DNA of 63,513 nt, filler included, from Folioceros fuciformis (taxonomy: Eukaryota): NCBI GenBank assembly GCA_049999805.1. It is 4 parts of 3 records of this genome, joined end to end, with 100 filler letters (N's around TTAATTAATTAA, not from the genome) between each part and the next. Parts side by side here need not be neighbours in the genome. Positions count along the whole stretch, not along the records: positions 1 to 23,567 come from JBNGIO010005636.1; 3 more parts are not named here. One strand, written 5' to 3'. Within the stretch, counting starts at the first letter, position 1. Every line of letters begins with the position of its first letter. The notes beneath the pieces were generated by a model. It was not told the DNA's origin and did no database searches. It worked only from the letters and a program-made list of their open reading frames with translations. The translations under genes and the position numbers were made by a program. Positions 1 to 11,513 of this stretch are shown in pieces.

Positions 1-1330
1 GCGGCGGTTATGACCCCTATTTTATCTCGTACTCTGCCTTGCGTTAGCCATGACCCCCCTTTTTTTTCCTGCACTCCGCTCTTCGGCAGCCATGGCCCCT
101 TGTTTTTCCAACAATCCGCCCTACGGCAACCATGTCTCCTATTTTTTCCCTGACTCCGCCTTATGGCTACCATGACCTTCCTTTTTTTCCTGCACTCTGC
201 CCTGTTGTAGCCTTGACCTCTTGTTTCTCCTACACTCCGCCCTGCGATGGCCTTGTCCTCTATTTTTTTCCCCAACTCTGCCCTGCGGTGGCCATGTCCC
301 CTATTTTTTCCAGCTCTCCGCCTTGCGGCGGCTATGACCCCTATTTATCTCTCACTCCGTCCTATGGCGGGCATGACCCCCGTTCTTTTTCCTGCACTCC
401 ACCCTGCGGCAACCATGACCCCTTGTTTTTCCCACACTCCGTCTTGCAGTGGCCATGTCCCCTATTTTTTCCCCGACTCCGCCCTGTGGCGTCCATGTAC
501 CCTATTTTTTCCAATTCTCCACCGTACGGCAACTATGACCCCTTGTTTTTCCTGCCCTCCGCTTTGCCGCAGCCATGACCCCTTTTTTTTTCCTCAACTC
601 CGCCCTACGGCGGCCATGTCCCCTACTTTTTCCCCAACTCCACTCTGCGGCTGCCCTGTTCCCTATTTTTTCCTTGACTCCACCCTATGGCGGCCCAATA
701 CCCTATTTTTTCTGGCTCTTCGCCCTGCGGCGGGAATGGCCTCTATTTTATTTCGCACTCCCCCTGCGGTGGCCATGACCTTCCTTTTTTTTCCTGCACT
801 TCACCGTACGGTGGCCATGTCCTCTATTTTTTCCCCGACTCCGCCCTACGTGGCCATGTCCCCTATTTTTTCTAGCTCTCCGTCCTACGGTGACTATGTT
901 CCCTATTTTTTCTTCGACTTCATCCTACGGTGGCCATGTCCCCTATTTTTTCTAGCTCTCCGTCCTACGGTGACCATGTCCCCTATTTTTTCTTCGACTC
1001 CGCCCTACGGCGCCCATGTTCCCTATTTTTTTCCTGACTCCACTCTGCAGCGGCCATGTCCTTTATTTTTTCCTCGATTCAGCCCTGTGGCGGCCCTCTT
1101 TTGTATTTTTTGCCGCTTTCCGCCCTGCAGCAGCGATGACCCCTATTTTATCCTGCACTCCGCCTTGCGGCAGCCATGACCCCTTGTTTTTCCAACATTC
1201 TGCCCTGCAGTGGCCATGTCCTCTATTTTTTCCCCGACTGTGTCCTATGCCATGCCGGCCATGACCCCTATTTTGTCTCCACTCCGCTCTGCGGCAACCA
1301 TAACCCTCATTTTCTCCCCAACTCCGCCCT
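1..1330. repeat. Degenerate ~40-bp tandem satellite, about 30 copies, running off the window start
   Basis: Recurring unit CTCCGCCCT(A/G)CGG(C/T)GGCCATG(T/A)CCCCTATTTTTT(T)CC..GA throughout; each unit carries a small CCGCC-n4-GGCGG hairpin. Confidence 0.95.
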
Positions 1331-2110
1331 GAAAAATCAACTAGTCCAAGTCTGGACATATGATAATAGTGTTTGTGCTTGGATAGCGATTTTGTCAAAA
1401 TATCGTCTGTGTTTTCTTTTGTAGGAATATAGATGACTTTCACCGCTCCTCTTGCAACCACATCATGTATGTAGTGATGTTGTATTTCCATATGCTTGGT
1501 TCTTGCGTGGAACCTTGGGTTTGCAACTAGGTCTAGGGCAGAAATATTATCACATTGTTAAATCGTGGGTTGTTGCTTTTGTTGATCAATACTGACAAGG
1601 AAAGAGCATTCCCACTTCACCTCTTTTGAGGCCTCTATAAGACTCTTGTATTCAACTTCTGTGGAGGATATTGCTATTATCGTTTGATTCTTGCTACTCC
1701 AATTGATTGTTGCAGAAGACAATAGGAAACAATAAGTAGAAAGGTCTCTTTTGGAATCTCCATTCAATGCCCAATCTGCATTAGTATATCTAAGGTGAGA
1801 AAGCTTGTATGGCTGCTCTTGTATTGCAAACCATAAATTTGAGTGCCGTTTAAATAGCGAAAAACACGTTTTGCAGCTACCCAATGGGTAATTTTTGGTT
1901 TCTCAAGAAATTGAGAAAGTGTATTTACAATATCAGCTATGCCCGACAGCTTGGGCCTGGCAACTTGGTCCAGTTAGCAATAAACAATAAACTCCCCACA
2001 ACATGTTTGTAAAGGTATGCCGACTAACCGAGCCTCATATACCTAGCTATTTCCCCTTCAGCATTTAATTTAAGTTTAACCACCCGTGTATAGGATGTGG
2101 GTTGACCTCC
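1331..2110 (-). mobile_element. Decayed Ty1/copia RT C-terminus and RNase H fragment
   Basis: Translations YKHVVGSLLFIA, WVAAKRV, YTNADWA, INWSSKNQTIIAISSTEVEY, HARTKHMEIQHHYI, IPTKENTDDILTKSL; interrupted by frameshifts and stops. Confidence 0.9.
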
Positions 2111-2180
2111 ATATGGCTAATCTACAAGTTTCCAAGTACCATTCTTAATCAAAGAATTTCATCATCGACAACCATTTTCC

Positions 2181-2264
2181 ACTTGTCTTGGTCAGGTCTA
2201 CTAAGTGCTATTGATAATGACTACTTGTCTTGGTCAGGTCTACTAAGTGCTATTGATAATGACT
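2181..2264. repeat. Perfect 42-bp tandem duplication
   Basis: ACTTGTCTTGGTCAGGTCTACTAAGTGCTATTGATAATGACT occurs twice in a row. Confidence 0.95.
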
Positions 2265-3610
2265 ATGGTTCTAGGTGGATAGTCATAGATGCAGAGTGAA
2301 CACTCTCTGCATAGGATGTCCGAAACTTGTCATTGTTCATAGGAGCCCGGCACTATCTGATCAAACTAAGAAGGGATTCAGGACTAAGTTCTTCTCATCC
2401 GCGTTCCGAATTGTTTTGGCTGTATCGTGTCCCGTGTTGAACCTTTTCACATTGCCTTTAACAGGATAGGGTGGAAGTGTCTAGGTTTTCTAGCGCGACC
2501 GTCGCTCCCCCTTGCATGATGCAACACGCAATTCAAACTCGCAGGGGTTTCACTCTCGGATGATCAGAAGGGCTTCACTTCATATTTTTGCAGAACACTG
2601 CCGGAAATATCTCTTCTTGTTTGCAAGGACGCCTGCAGCAAGGATACCTCTTGCTGAAGAGGTAGAGTGGCATGGAGAACCTTGTCATCCCGAGGTTTAC
2701 AACACAGACCTTCCTTCCTTCTCTAAGGGACGTGGATATAAGGCAAGTGCGGTTGGATACATGCACCTACCTCATAGCAAGGGCTGTCCTGACTGTGGAC
2801 TTGGTGCTGGAGGAGGACCAGGTTCTGCGGCAGGAGCACCAATCTGTCGTAGCAAAGTTACCGCGAAACACAAAACTGCAGCAGTGTTACACACAAAACA
2901 TGCTGTTACACTGCGAACATGGAAATGCGTACGCATGCACAAAACATCCGGCTGCGCGATTTTGTCCTCGAGGCACCACACTGGTAGGAGCACTAGTGTG
3001 ACAGTGCACAGATGGCACTCCAGGGAACTAGCTCTGACAGGATGCTGGAGTGGCATGGAGAGCTCGCGAGCCTTCCGTTGTTGCAAAAATTCCGTGCCGG
3101 GACGTCACGGCGGCAGGCCGGGGAACTTGAACGTCCGCAGTGGCGTCGGCCGGGCATTGAATCCGAGAAGCACGAGATTCGACAGCCTCGTTGTGGAAAG
3201 CACAACAAGGTTCTTGGACAGCTGAGATTTACGCTCGACTCAGGATTAGGGGAAGTGAATCAGGACCTGAGATCAGAGGCTATGTGCCTGCCTAGAAGTT
3301 CTGTCGATGAAGCCTGTAGCGTGCACGAAGGTGTCCAAGTCCATGCGTTTTGCAGCGGCAGCAATAGATGGCAACGTCTTCTCCGGCTCACGTATTGCAC
3401 ACGTTCAGGCGGATCCAGCGGAGAGCTTCACCGCGAGAGCAGTGGAGGAGGTGGAGCTTCCTCTGCTTCACACCCGGGTCATGTTAACGCTGAAAGAGAG
3501 AAGAAGGGTTCAACTAAGTTAAATAAAATGAAAATTGAATTGGATTGAATTGAATTCAATTAAAAAAATTGGTTGCGTTGCGTCGTGGCCCCTTCTGATA
3601 GGGGTGGCTC

Positions 3611-6502
3611 TCATTTCCGCTGGTTCTTGGAGTTGAATCGCAGGACGACGTAGAAGCAGAGACGGTAGAGCAGGGCCCAGGCGAGGAGGATGAGCACGCA
3701 ATTCCAGCGGCTGAGGCTGCCGACGCCGAGCTGGTGGAGAAGGTGGTCGCCGGTGAGGGCGCAGGCGGGATCGGAAGCGGTAAGGCGCTCGCCATCCCAG
3801 CAGCGGGGGTTATGGCTGAACTGGTTGAGGAGGAGCGCCTCGTAGGGGTACTTGATGGTGGAGAGGTAGTGCACGGGGAGCCAGTAGGGCGGGATCTGGG
3901 AGCGCGGCAGGAAGTAGCCGCAGGTGAGGAAGAAGATGGCGGTGAAGGCGATGACGGCGGCGTAGCCCAGGATGAAGTTGGGCACGAGCGCGCTGATGAA
4001 CATGACGAAGCTGTTGGTGGCGAGCAGGGAGGCGTAGAGCACCAGCCAGAAGAAGGAGACGGAGCCGTCCAGGTTCAGCGCCCACCACGTGATGACGGTG
4101 TAGGTGAGCGCCTGCACGGCCAGGAAGGGCAGGTAGGTGATGACGCCGGCGATGGTGTAGGAGGAGGCGCGGTACGCGTTGTGCGAGCTCTCGCGGATGA
4201 AGATGAAGCGCTCCTGGATGAAGGTGGGCACGGCGTCGTTGGAGCTGAAGAAGAAGAGGCAGACGGTGAAGATGACGAAGGAGAGCAGCTGCGTCACGCC
4301 CTGGAGGGACACCGGGGTGCGCCGGAACAGGGTGGCCATCATCATCCCCATCACCGTCAGCACCGTCTGCCGGGACAGGAAGAGCTCCGGGGTGCGGTAG
4401 ATGTTGTAGTAGTTGCGCACCATGAGGACCATCACCTCGCGGGCGAAGGGGTTGGCGAACTTGTGTCCCTCTGCTTCCCAGCTCCCGGACTCCAGCATCA
4501 TCTCGTACGTCCCTGGCCCCTCCGTCTCGTAGTCGGAACTGCACGGGGTGGCCGCTGTGGGAGTCGGAGTCGGAGTCGCCGCCCGTATCTCCGAGACCGG
4601 CTGCCGCAGCTGCTGGCTCCCCCTGTGCGCCCGGGAAGCTCCCATCCGGAGCATCATCATCGGGGTCTGCATCTGCATGTGCACCGGCTGCCCGGGCGTC
4701 CGCCCTGGTGTCTTCCCCGGCGTCCTCCCCGGGGTGCGGAGGATGTAGAGCGGGGTGCGGAGCGGGAAGCCCCCCGCGTCCAGCGGTCGGTAGTAGCTGC
4801 TGGCCAGGACCTTGGGGACGGCGCCCCCCACCCACGGGCTACCCCGTGTGAGCGACCGGTCGTAGTCGTCTTCGTCGTCCGCTCCGGAGTCCGCCACGCT
4901 CCGGAGGGGGCTGTGGAGCCCTTCTGGTTCTGCTGCTGCTGCCTCCACCTCGGGGCTGCGCCGACCGTACGGGCTCTTCCTGCAGGGAGACTTCTTCGCC
5001 GACCATATGTTGCCCGGAGTGGTGGTGGCCTTGGGCTGGAGGGTCGTGGCGCTGGGCTTGATTCCGTCCTTGTTGAAGGCCACGAGCGGGTCCAGGCCCA
5101 CCGTGGAGCGGTCGTATTCCTGGATCACGTCCAGTAGGAACTCGATCGGGTTCTCCCCCTTGGGCACGTCGCGCCCCAGGGCTTGCATGTGGTTCTTGAG
5201 CTGCGACGGCGTGCCCTGGTAGATGAGCTTCCCTCTGCAACAGCGACGACAAGAACCCACCGCTCTCTGCCAGTGAGTGTTCCCACGCTAACACAACAAT
5301 CAACTTGCGCAGAGCCAGGAGAGGAGAGGATGGATTGTCTGTCACCTGGCCAGGACGATGAGGCGGTTGAGAAGCATTTGGATCTTGTACGAGGGCTGGT
5401 GGATGGTCATGACGATGGTGCTTCCGGCCATGGCGATGTCGTACACCTTCTCCACCACGCTGTAGGCGCTGGAGGAGTCGAGCCCGGACGTGGGCTCATC
5501 CAGGAAGAGCAGCGACGGGCCGTGGATGATGTCCACCCCGATGGACACTCTGCGTCTCTCGCCGCCGGAGATTCCTCGGTGGCCCTCGTTCCCGATGTAC
5601 GTGTTCTCCGCGCTCTGTCAATTTGCAAAGCGGGAGGGGAGGAGTCAGGTGGGAGGCGGAGGGTGCGGGTGAGGAAGAGCACATCCGCGCCACGTCCTTA
5701 TCCAGCGCTAGCACGGAACACAAACACAGTGGGGTTGCTTGCACTCACAGTGAGCCCGAGCTGCTCGATGAGCTGCGTCACTCGGCTCTTCTTCTCATCC
5801 CGGGACATGGTGTGCGGCAGCCGCACCTCGGCCGCGAACAGCAGCGTCTCGTACACAGTTAGCATGGGGAAGAGCTGGTCATCCTGCATGACGTAGGCGG
5901 AAATGCGCTTCATGAGGCTGGAGTTGACAGGCCGCCCCTCCACCGTGATGAGGCCCTCCAAGCTCCCGCTGGCTATTCTGCCGGCCAAGGCGTCCAGGAA
6001 GGTGGACTTCCCGGCGCCGCTTGGGCCCATCACGGCCGTCACCTGGCCCTTGGGGGCCTGCCCTGTGATGTTGCTCAGCAGGTTCATCTCCCTCGTCACC
6101 CATACGCCGTCCCGTTTCTGCTTCGCCAGCACGGTGTAGGTGAGATCCTCGAATTCCAGCCCCGTCCCCTTGAGCGCTGCGCTCCCAATTCCGCACCCAC
6201 TCTCCAACCCTGCCCGTCACAGGACACTGTGCGTCAGTCTTGTACACATCAAACCCAGCACTCCACTCTCCAATCCTTGGACAGAATCCGAATCCCGAAA
6301 CAAAAGGCAACGTAAGGAGAAACCCACCGCCAGAAGCCGGATGAGCGAGCTGGTCGTCGATGGTGAGCAGCGTCTCCAACGTCTGCAGCGCGTCGGCCTC
6401 AGGGTGGCCGTTGTGCTGCTGCACATGGGGATGCGGCGCCGTCGAAGTACGCCCCAGATGGCTCAGTCCCCTGCCTCGGCCCTGCGGCTCGTACGAATTC
6501 AT
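3611..6502 (-). CDS. STR: Half-size ABCG transporter STUNTED ARBUSCULE (STR); exons 6502-6328, 6209-5749, 5614-5346, 5234-3611
   Basis: Walker [10 protein letters not shown], signature [12 protein letters not shown], Walker [17 protein letters not shown]-type segments [59 protein letters not shown] and C-terminal RFNSKNQRK. All three GT-AG introns keep the frame. Confidence 0.9.
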
Positions 6503-7265
6503 GGCCGCGACGTTGTTTCTCCCAAGCCCCTGATCTCATTGATCGACAAGCACGAAGGCCAGTATTGGAAGCAGCTGCGCATCCGAGCCGTGAGTTATAT
6601 GGGCGTATCCCAGCCAGCAATTCCTATCGATCAATTTGGCAGCAAGCTCCCAAGGAGTGGCAAGTGCAGAGCACACGGAGAGCTGGCGGGATCCAGCCCT
6701 GCAGTAATCCACACAGGCGGCAAATTCCACAAAGCGGGTCCGGAGTCCGGGAGGTGGCGGGCTATCTGCATCTGTAGGGATGAGGGCAATAGCACACAAA
6801 CATGTCACACAGGCTGTCGACAGAATCCACAAAATGGGTCCGGAGGCAAAGTCGAGGCACGGGCGGCTTCCCCGGTCGCACATGACGCTCCCGGCCCCAC
6901 CTCGGGAGCGCCGCCCCTTGATTCTCCGATGTCCACCTCTGTATCCAAATTCCTTATGAAACATGTGGCTTCAGAGGTCGGTCGGGCTTCCTGGATTGGC
7001 GAGATGAAACAACTCAATTACTAGACTTTATCCACACACCCGTTGCACAGAATCCCTGTATCTTAAAGTGAATGGCATCCTGATGAGAAAATACGTTGTC
7101 CGGGAGACCTCCTTGATGATGGCCTCATAAATAGTTACAGTAATCTCAACACATAGACACGACCGAGGGGGGGGGGGCTGACCACCGGCCATAGCTTCTT
7201 ATCTCAACTAAGCTATCCTCACTCACCTACCTTGAGGTGTTTTGATGGTGATCTTGTGGGCATGG

Positions 7266-8809
7266 CTATTGTAGGGAGTTCAGGAACAAAACTACGACGA
7301 CAACCACCCCTATCACAATGGGTATGCCGCTGACAAGGTAGAGGAAGCTGAACCCCTGCAGATGCAAAAGGCCACGTCAGAACATTCCCCTTGATGGATA
7401 GAACGAGTCATCTGTTTGAGATATGAAGTAGATCTGTTTGAAACATGAAGCAGAATGCTCACCACCGCAGGCGGTAAAACCTCGCTTAGGTTCTTCGCCC
7501 CTTCCCCAGGGCCAATCTCAGAGGCTGCATCCCAGTCCGCTTGAGCAAGCTGAGCAGCTACCTTCGGATCCACCCCTGTCTTGGTCACTTTAGCATAAGG
7601 CGAAACAGCTGGAGCGGTTGCCACGAACTCCTCCTGTACAAGGGAGAAACCAGAGGGATCGGTGATCCATGTCCGCAGACAAGGAGGCCACAGCCTTTAA
7701 AGCAGCTTTCACAGGCCCACCTCCAAGTTTGGCCAGGAACCCAGTTCCTTGGCAAGCTCCCGTAGCACCAGCCGGTCTGATGGGACCTTCCCTTCGAGAA
7801 CCTTGTTCCATACAAGACATTCAGGTACATAAGGCCTCAAACCTGATGGAAACACAGCAGCTCACGTCATACAAACTGGGAGGCTCAAGCTCGCACAACT
7901 CATAACAAATGCTCGCCACGCCGCAAGCAACAGAGAAACGCACCTCTGCGAGCGCGTTTCCCATGTCTTCCCTGGAGCAGCCTCTTTCAAAATCTACACC
8001 GAGCTGCTTTCTTCGTTCCACTTCCCGCGGATCCTCAATCATAACTGTCAGACGCACCTAGCGTTCGCGAAAGCAAGGTCACACTCCTCAACAAGACTGA
8101 AACATGCGCACACTCCTGTCACGCATCGGAGGATTGGAAGATATGACGCACCTCATTGGGCGTCATATCCCTTTTCTTCTTCAGAAGCTCCAGAATCTAC
8201 AATACAGAGCATGCATGCAATGAGACAACAACCAAAGCGACAAGTCCATGCTTTATCTCCACAATCAACACCGACGAAGAAAAGAAAGCACACAAACCCT
8301 CTTGATCTCCCGCACATAGGCCTGATCCTCTTCATCTTCAGGAGAGACGGCTTCAGCTACGCTTCCTTCACCTACACTACCTGCACCAGGTCCCTCCCCG
8401 GAAGAGCTCCGCACTCCAAAACTTCTCCTACTCCTGGAAACCGGCTCCCATGGCCGCACCACCTCAGATGCCGATTTCCGCACACGACCGAAACTCGCTC
8501 CTGCTGAAATTGCAGGCAGCGAGGCGCACCAGAGGCGGGAATGAGGCACAGAAAGCACGGGATTCCCAAGNNNNNNNNNNNNNNNNNNNNNNNNNNNNNN
8601 NNNNNNNNNNNNNNNNNNNNNNNNNNNNNNNNNNNNNNNNNNNNNNNNNNNNNNNNNNNNNNNNNNNNNNGACTCCCTGTTACCACTGTACTTACAGGAA
8701 CCAAGAGTGAAGGACAGCCGAGCATGAGCGAGAGACAAGGCTCACCAGAGGAAAGCGAGAGCTTGGCAGACGGACAAAGATGGCTGCGCGTGCCGCGTAA
8801 GTCTCGCAT
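7266..8809 (-). CDS. Y3IP1: Ycf3-interacting protein 1 (chloroplast photosystem I assembly factor), multi-exon; 5' end uncertain because of the gap at 8571-8670
   Basis: Spliced translation DQAYVREIKR|ILELLKKKRDMTPNE|VRLTVMIEDPREVERRKQLG..|VLEGKVPSDRLVLRELAKELGSWPNLE|..TGVDPK..DWDAA..|GFSFLYLVSGIPIVIGVVVVVVLFLNSLQ*. Confidence 0.85.
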
Positions 8810-8973
8810 TTCGTGCGGCCGCTGTAGCCGCGTCTGTGGTTTGCAGCTGCGGTTTCGCGCGGAGCAGCTTTGCGGAGTGCGTTTGCTTGCCCAGATCTGG
8901 GCGATGGCTATGAGGGAGTAGCTGCAGGCGCGGGCAGCAGCAGCCGCACGGCGGACTCGGGGCAGGAGCAGCC

Positions 8974-11513
8974 ATGTATAACGCCTGGGGAGGGTCGGTG
9001 GAGATAGAGGCATCCGTGGACAATGATGCCGACAGCCGCAACCTGGAGATTGACAGGGCGTCCGTCAAGAGTCTGGATGCCTCGCAGCAGAGCTGGCTGC
9101 TGGGGGAAACAGAACGGTCCAAGAAGAACAAGTTCATCGACCTGGGATGCGTGCAATGCAGCAAGCGCCTGTTCTTCACTCTCGTGTGCGTGTTCCTTAC
9201 CTTCGGGATTATAGCTGGCTTGGTTTCAGTTATAGTGAAGACAGCTCCCCGGAAGCATCATGTTCTCCCTGTCGTGGACAACTACACCCAGGCTTTGCAT
9301 CACGCTTTGAGTTTCTTCGACGCGCAGAAATGTGAGTTGTGCATGCGGGAGGACGATCATTCGAAGTTGTTTTGCGTGGATGTAGCTTGAGCTGTGGTTC
9401 GAAGTTTGAGGGTTCTGGGAGCGGACTTAATTCGAGGAGTGTGTGGTGGTTGTTACGCAGCCGGTCATCTTCCCAAAGGATTGTACAATATCTCGTATCG
9501 AGGGGACTCGGGAATGCAGGATGGACTTTCTCCTGACTCGCTTGGCGGGTACCCGGATTTGGTCGGAGGTTACTACGATGCTGGAGACAATATTAAGTTT
9601 GGATTTCCGCAGTCCTTTGCTATGACAGTACTCAGCTGGTCGGTAATTGAATACCGGGCCAAGTACGAGGCCGCAGGAGAGTTGGACCACATTAGGGAAA
9701 TCATCAAGTGGGGCACAGATTACATGCTGAAGACGTTCAATAGTTCTGCCCCGCCAGGGCAGGTGGACAAGATATGGTCTCAGGTCTGTAACTGCCCGAT
9801 TTTCACATTTTTTCTCCGTCCAGGTAGCAAGTATATGCCTGGAAATTCTGAGCATTGTTTTTCTGTGCGGGGGTAGGTTGGACAAGGCAGCGACCAAGCT
9901 GGAGTTCAAAATGATCACACGTGCTGGAATTCACCAGAGGAGATGAACTATCCTAGACCCTGTTACCCAGTTAGCCAAGGGGCAGATTTGGCTGCGGAGA
10001 TGGCAGCTGCTTTGGCTGCAGCTTCCATCGTCTTCAGGGATAATGTAACATATTCTTCGAAGCTTCTGTTTGCTGCTCGATCTGTGTATGAATTCGCCAC
10101 AGACAGGGGGAAGAGGAACCTCTACGTCCAGGAAAATCAAGATGCCCTCCAATTTTATAAATCTAGTGGATATCGGGATGAGATCCTATGGGGTGGTGCC
10201 TGGCTGTATTATGCAACAGGTAACGTAAGCTACTTGGACTACGTTACAAATGAAGACCGATATCGTAGAACCGGCGTTGCCGACACACGTGCGGATTACT
10301 ACGGAGTTTTTTCATGGGACAACAAACTTATCGCTGCACAGGTCTTGTGAATCGCTGAGCAAGAAACCGTTTTGTGCCGTGGACTGGGGTTGATAAGGCT
10401 CAGTCTTGTTAGTTTGACGGCTTTTTTTCTTATTACATGTGAAGGCTCCTTACATTGCCTGTGTGTGCAGGTGCTGTTGACAAGGCTCCGCATATTGCAA
10501 GGTCCTGGATACCCTTATGAGCAGATTCTGAAGCAGTACAACAACCACACGGATATTGTGATGTGTTCTTATCTGCCAGATTATGCAAGTTTTAATAGAA
10601 CAAGAGGTGAGGAGTGGAAAGTCTGTGCTGTTGATAGACCCCTTGGGGACTGTACAATGTGTGGAATGTAGAAGAGGTTGTGGCGCTTGCCGATGTCTGT
10701 CACCTGTTGTTAACTTGTTTGATGTCCTTTCTGCAGATGGCTTAATAATTCTGAACCACAACGGCCCCGGCACGCTGTTCTATACGGTGAATGCAGCTTT
10801 CCTTGCAGCTCTGTATGCAGATTACCTTGAAGCTGCAGACATTCCAGGCTGGTATTGTGGCTCATATTTTCAAAAAATCGAGGAGCTGCGGACTTTTGCG
10901 AGATACCAGGTAAGGCTGGTTGTGTGCCTGTTCCTTTTGTTCGTCGTCAGCTATGGTCTCGGGTTCCATCTTGCTCTGAGCACACTGTCTTTGCAACGTC
11001 TAGTGGAACGCCTAGTATGTGATTAGTACACTGTATGCTGACAGACTGTTGGTTGCGGCTTGGTCTGTGACTGATGCACCCTCTATTGTCGGCTCACAGA
11101 TCGATTACATCCTGGGGAAGAATTCAAAAGGCATGAGCTATGTTGTTGGTTTCGGGAACAAGTACCCTCTTCAAGTCCATCATCGTGCAGCATCGACTCC
11201 AACCGACAAAACCGTGTATGGTTGCCAAGAAGGTTTCAAATGGTTGAACAGCACCCAGCCCAACCCCCATGTACTTGTGGGTGCACTTGTAGGTGGGCCA
11301 ACCAACGGCACTGATGCTTTCAAAGACGAACGACGCAACTTCAACACCGCAGAGCCAACGCTGCACGGTAATGCGGGGCTAGTGGCTGCTCTCGTAGCTC
11401 TTTCCGAGGTTGACTCTCCAAACACCCCGACGCTGGATATGAACTCCATCTTTGCAGCCATACCTCCCATGTACCCGACCACTCCTCCGCCTCCTCCTCC
11501 ATACGCACCTTGA
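8974..11513 (+). CDS. KOR1: Membrane-anchored endo-1,4-beta-glucanase, GH9A/KORRIGAN type, multi-exon
   Basis: N-terminal WGGSVEI..DSRNL..QQSWLLG..IDLGC plus a TM helix; GH9 motifs [29 protein letters not shown] and [18 protein letters not shown]; Pro-rich tail PPPPPPYAP. Confidence 0.9.

Noticed and set aside
1-1330. CRISPR-like periodic array with palindromic cores, and the ORFs 132-578 and 247-1179
   Set aside because: There are no unique spacers, the whole unit is a degenerate repeat, there are no cas genes and the context is eukaryotic. The ORFs are artefacts of a stop-poor repeat.
3734-5137. 467-aa antisense ORF and a 341-aa alternate-frame ORF over STR
   Set aside because: Shadow frames caused by high GC3 codon usage; no recognisable domain
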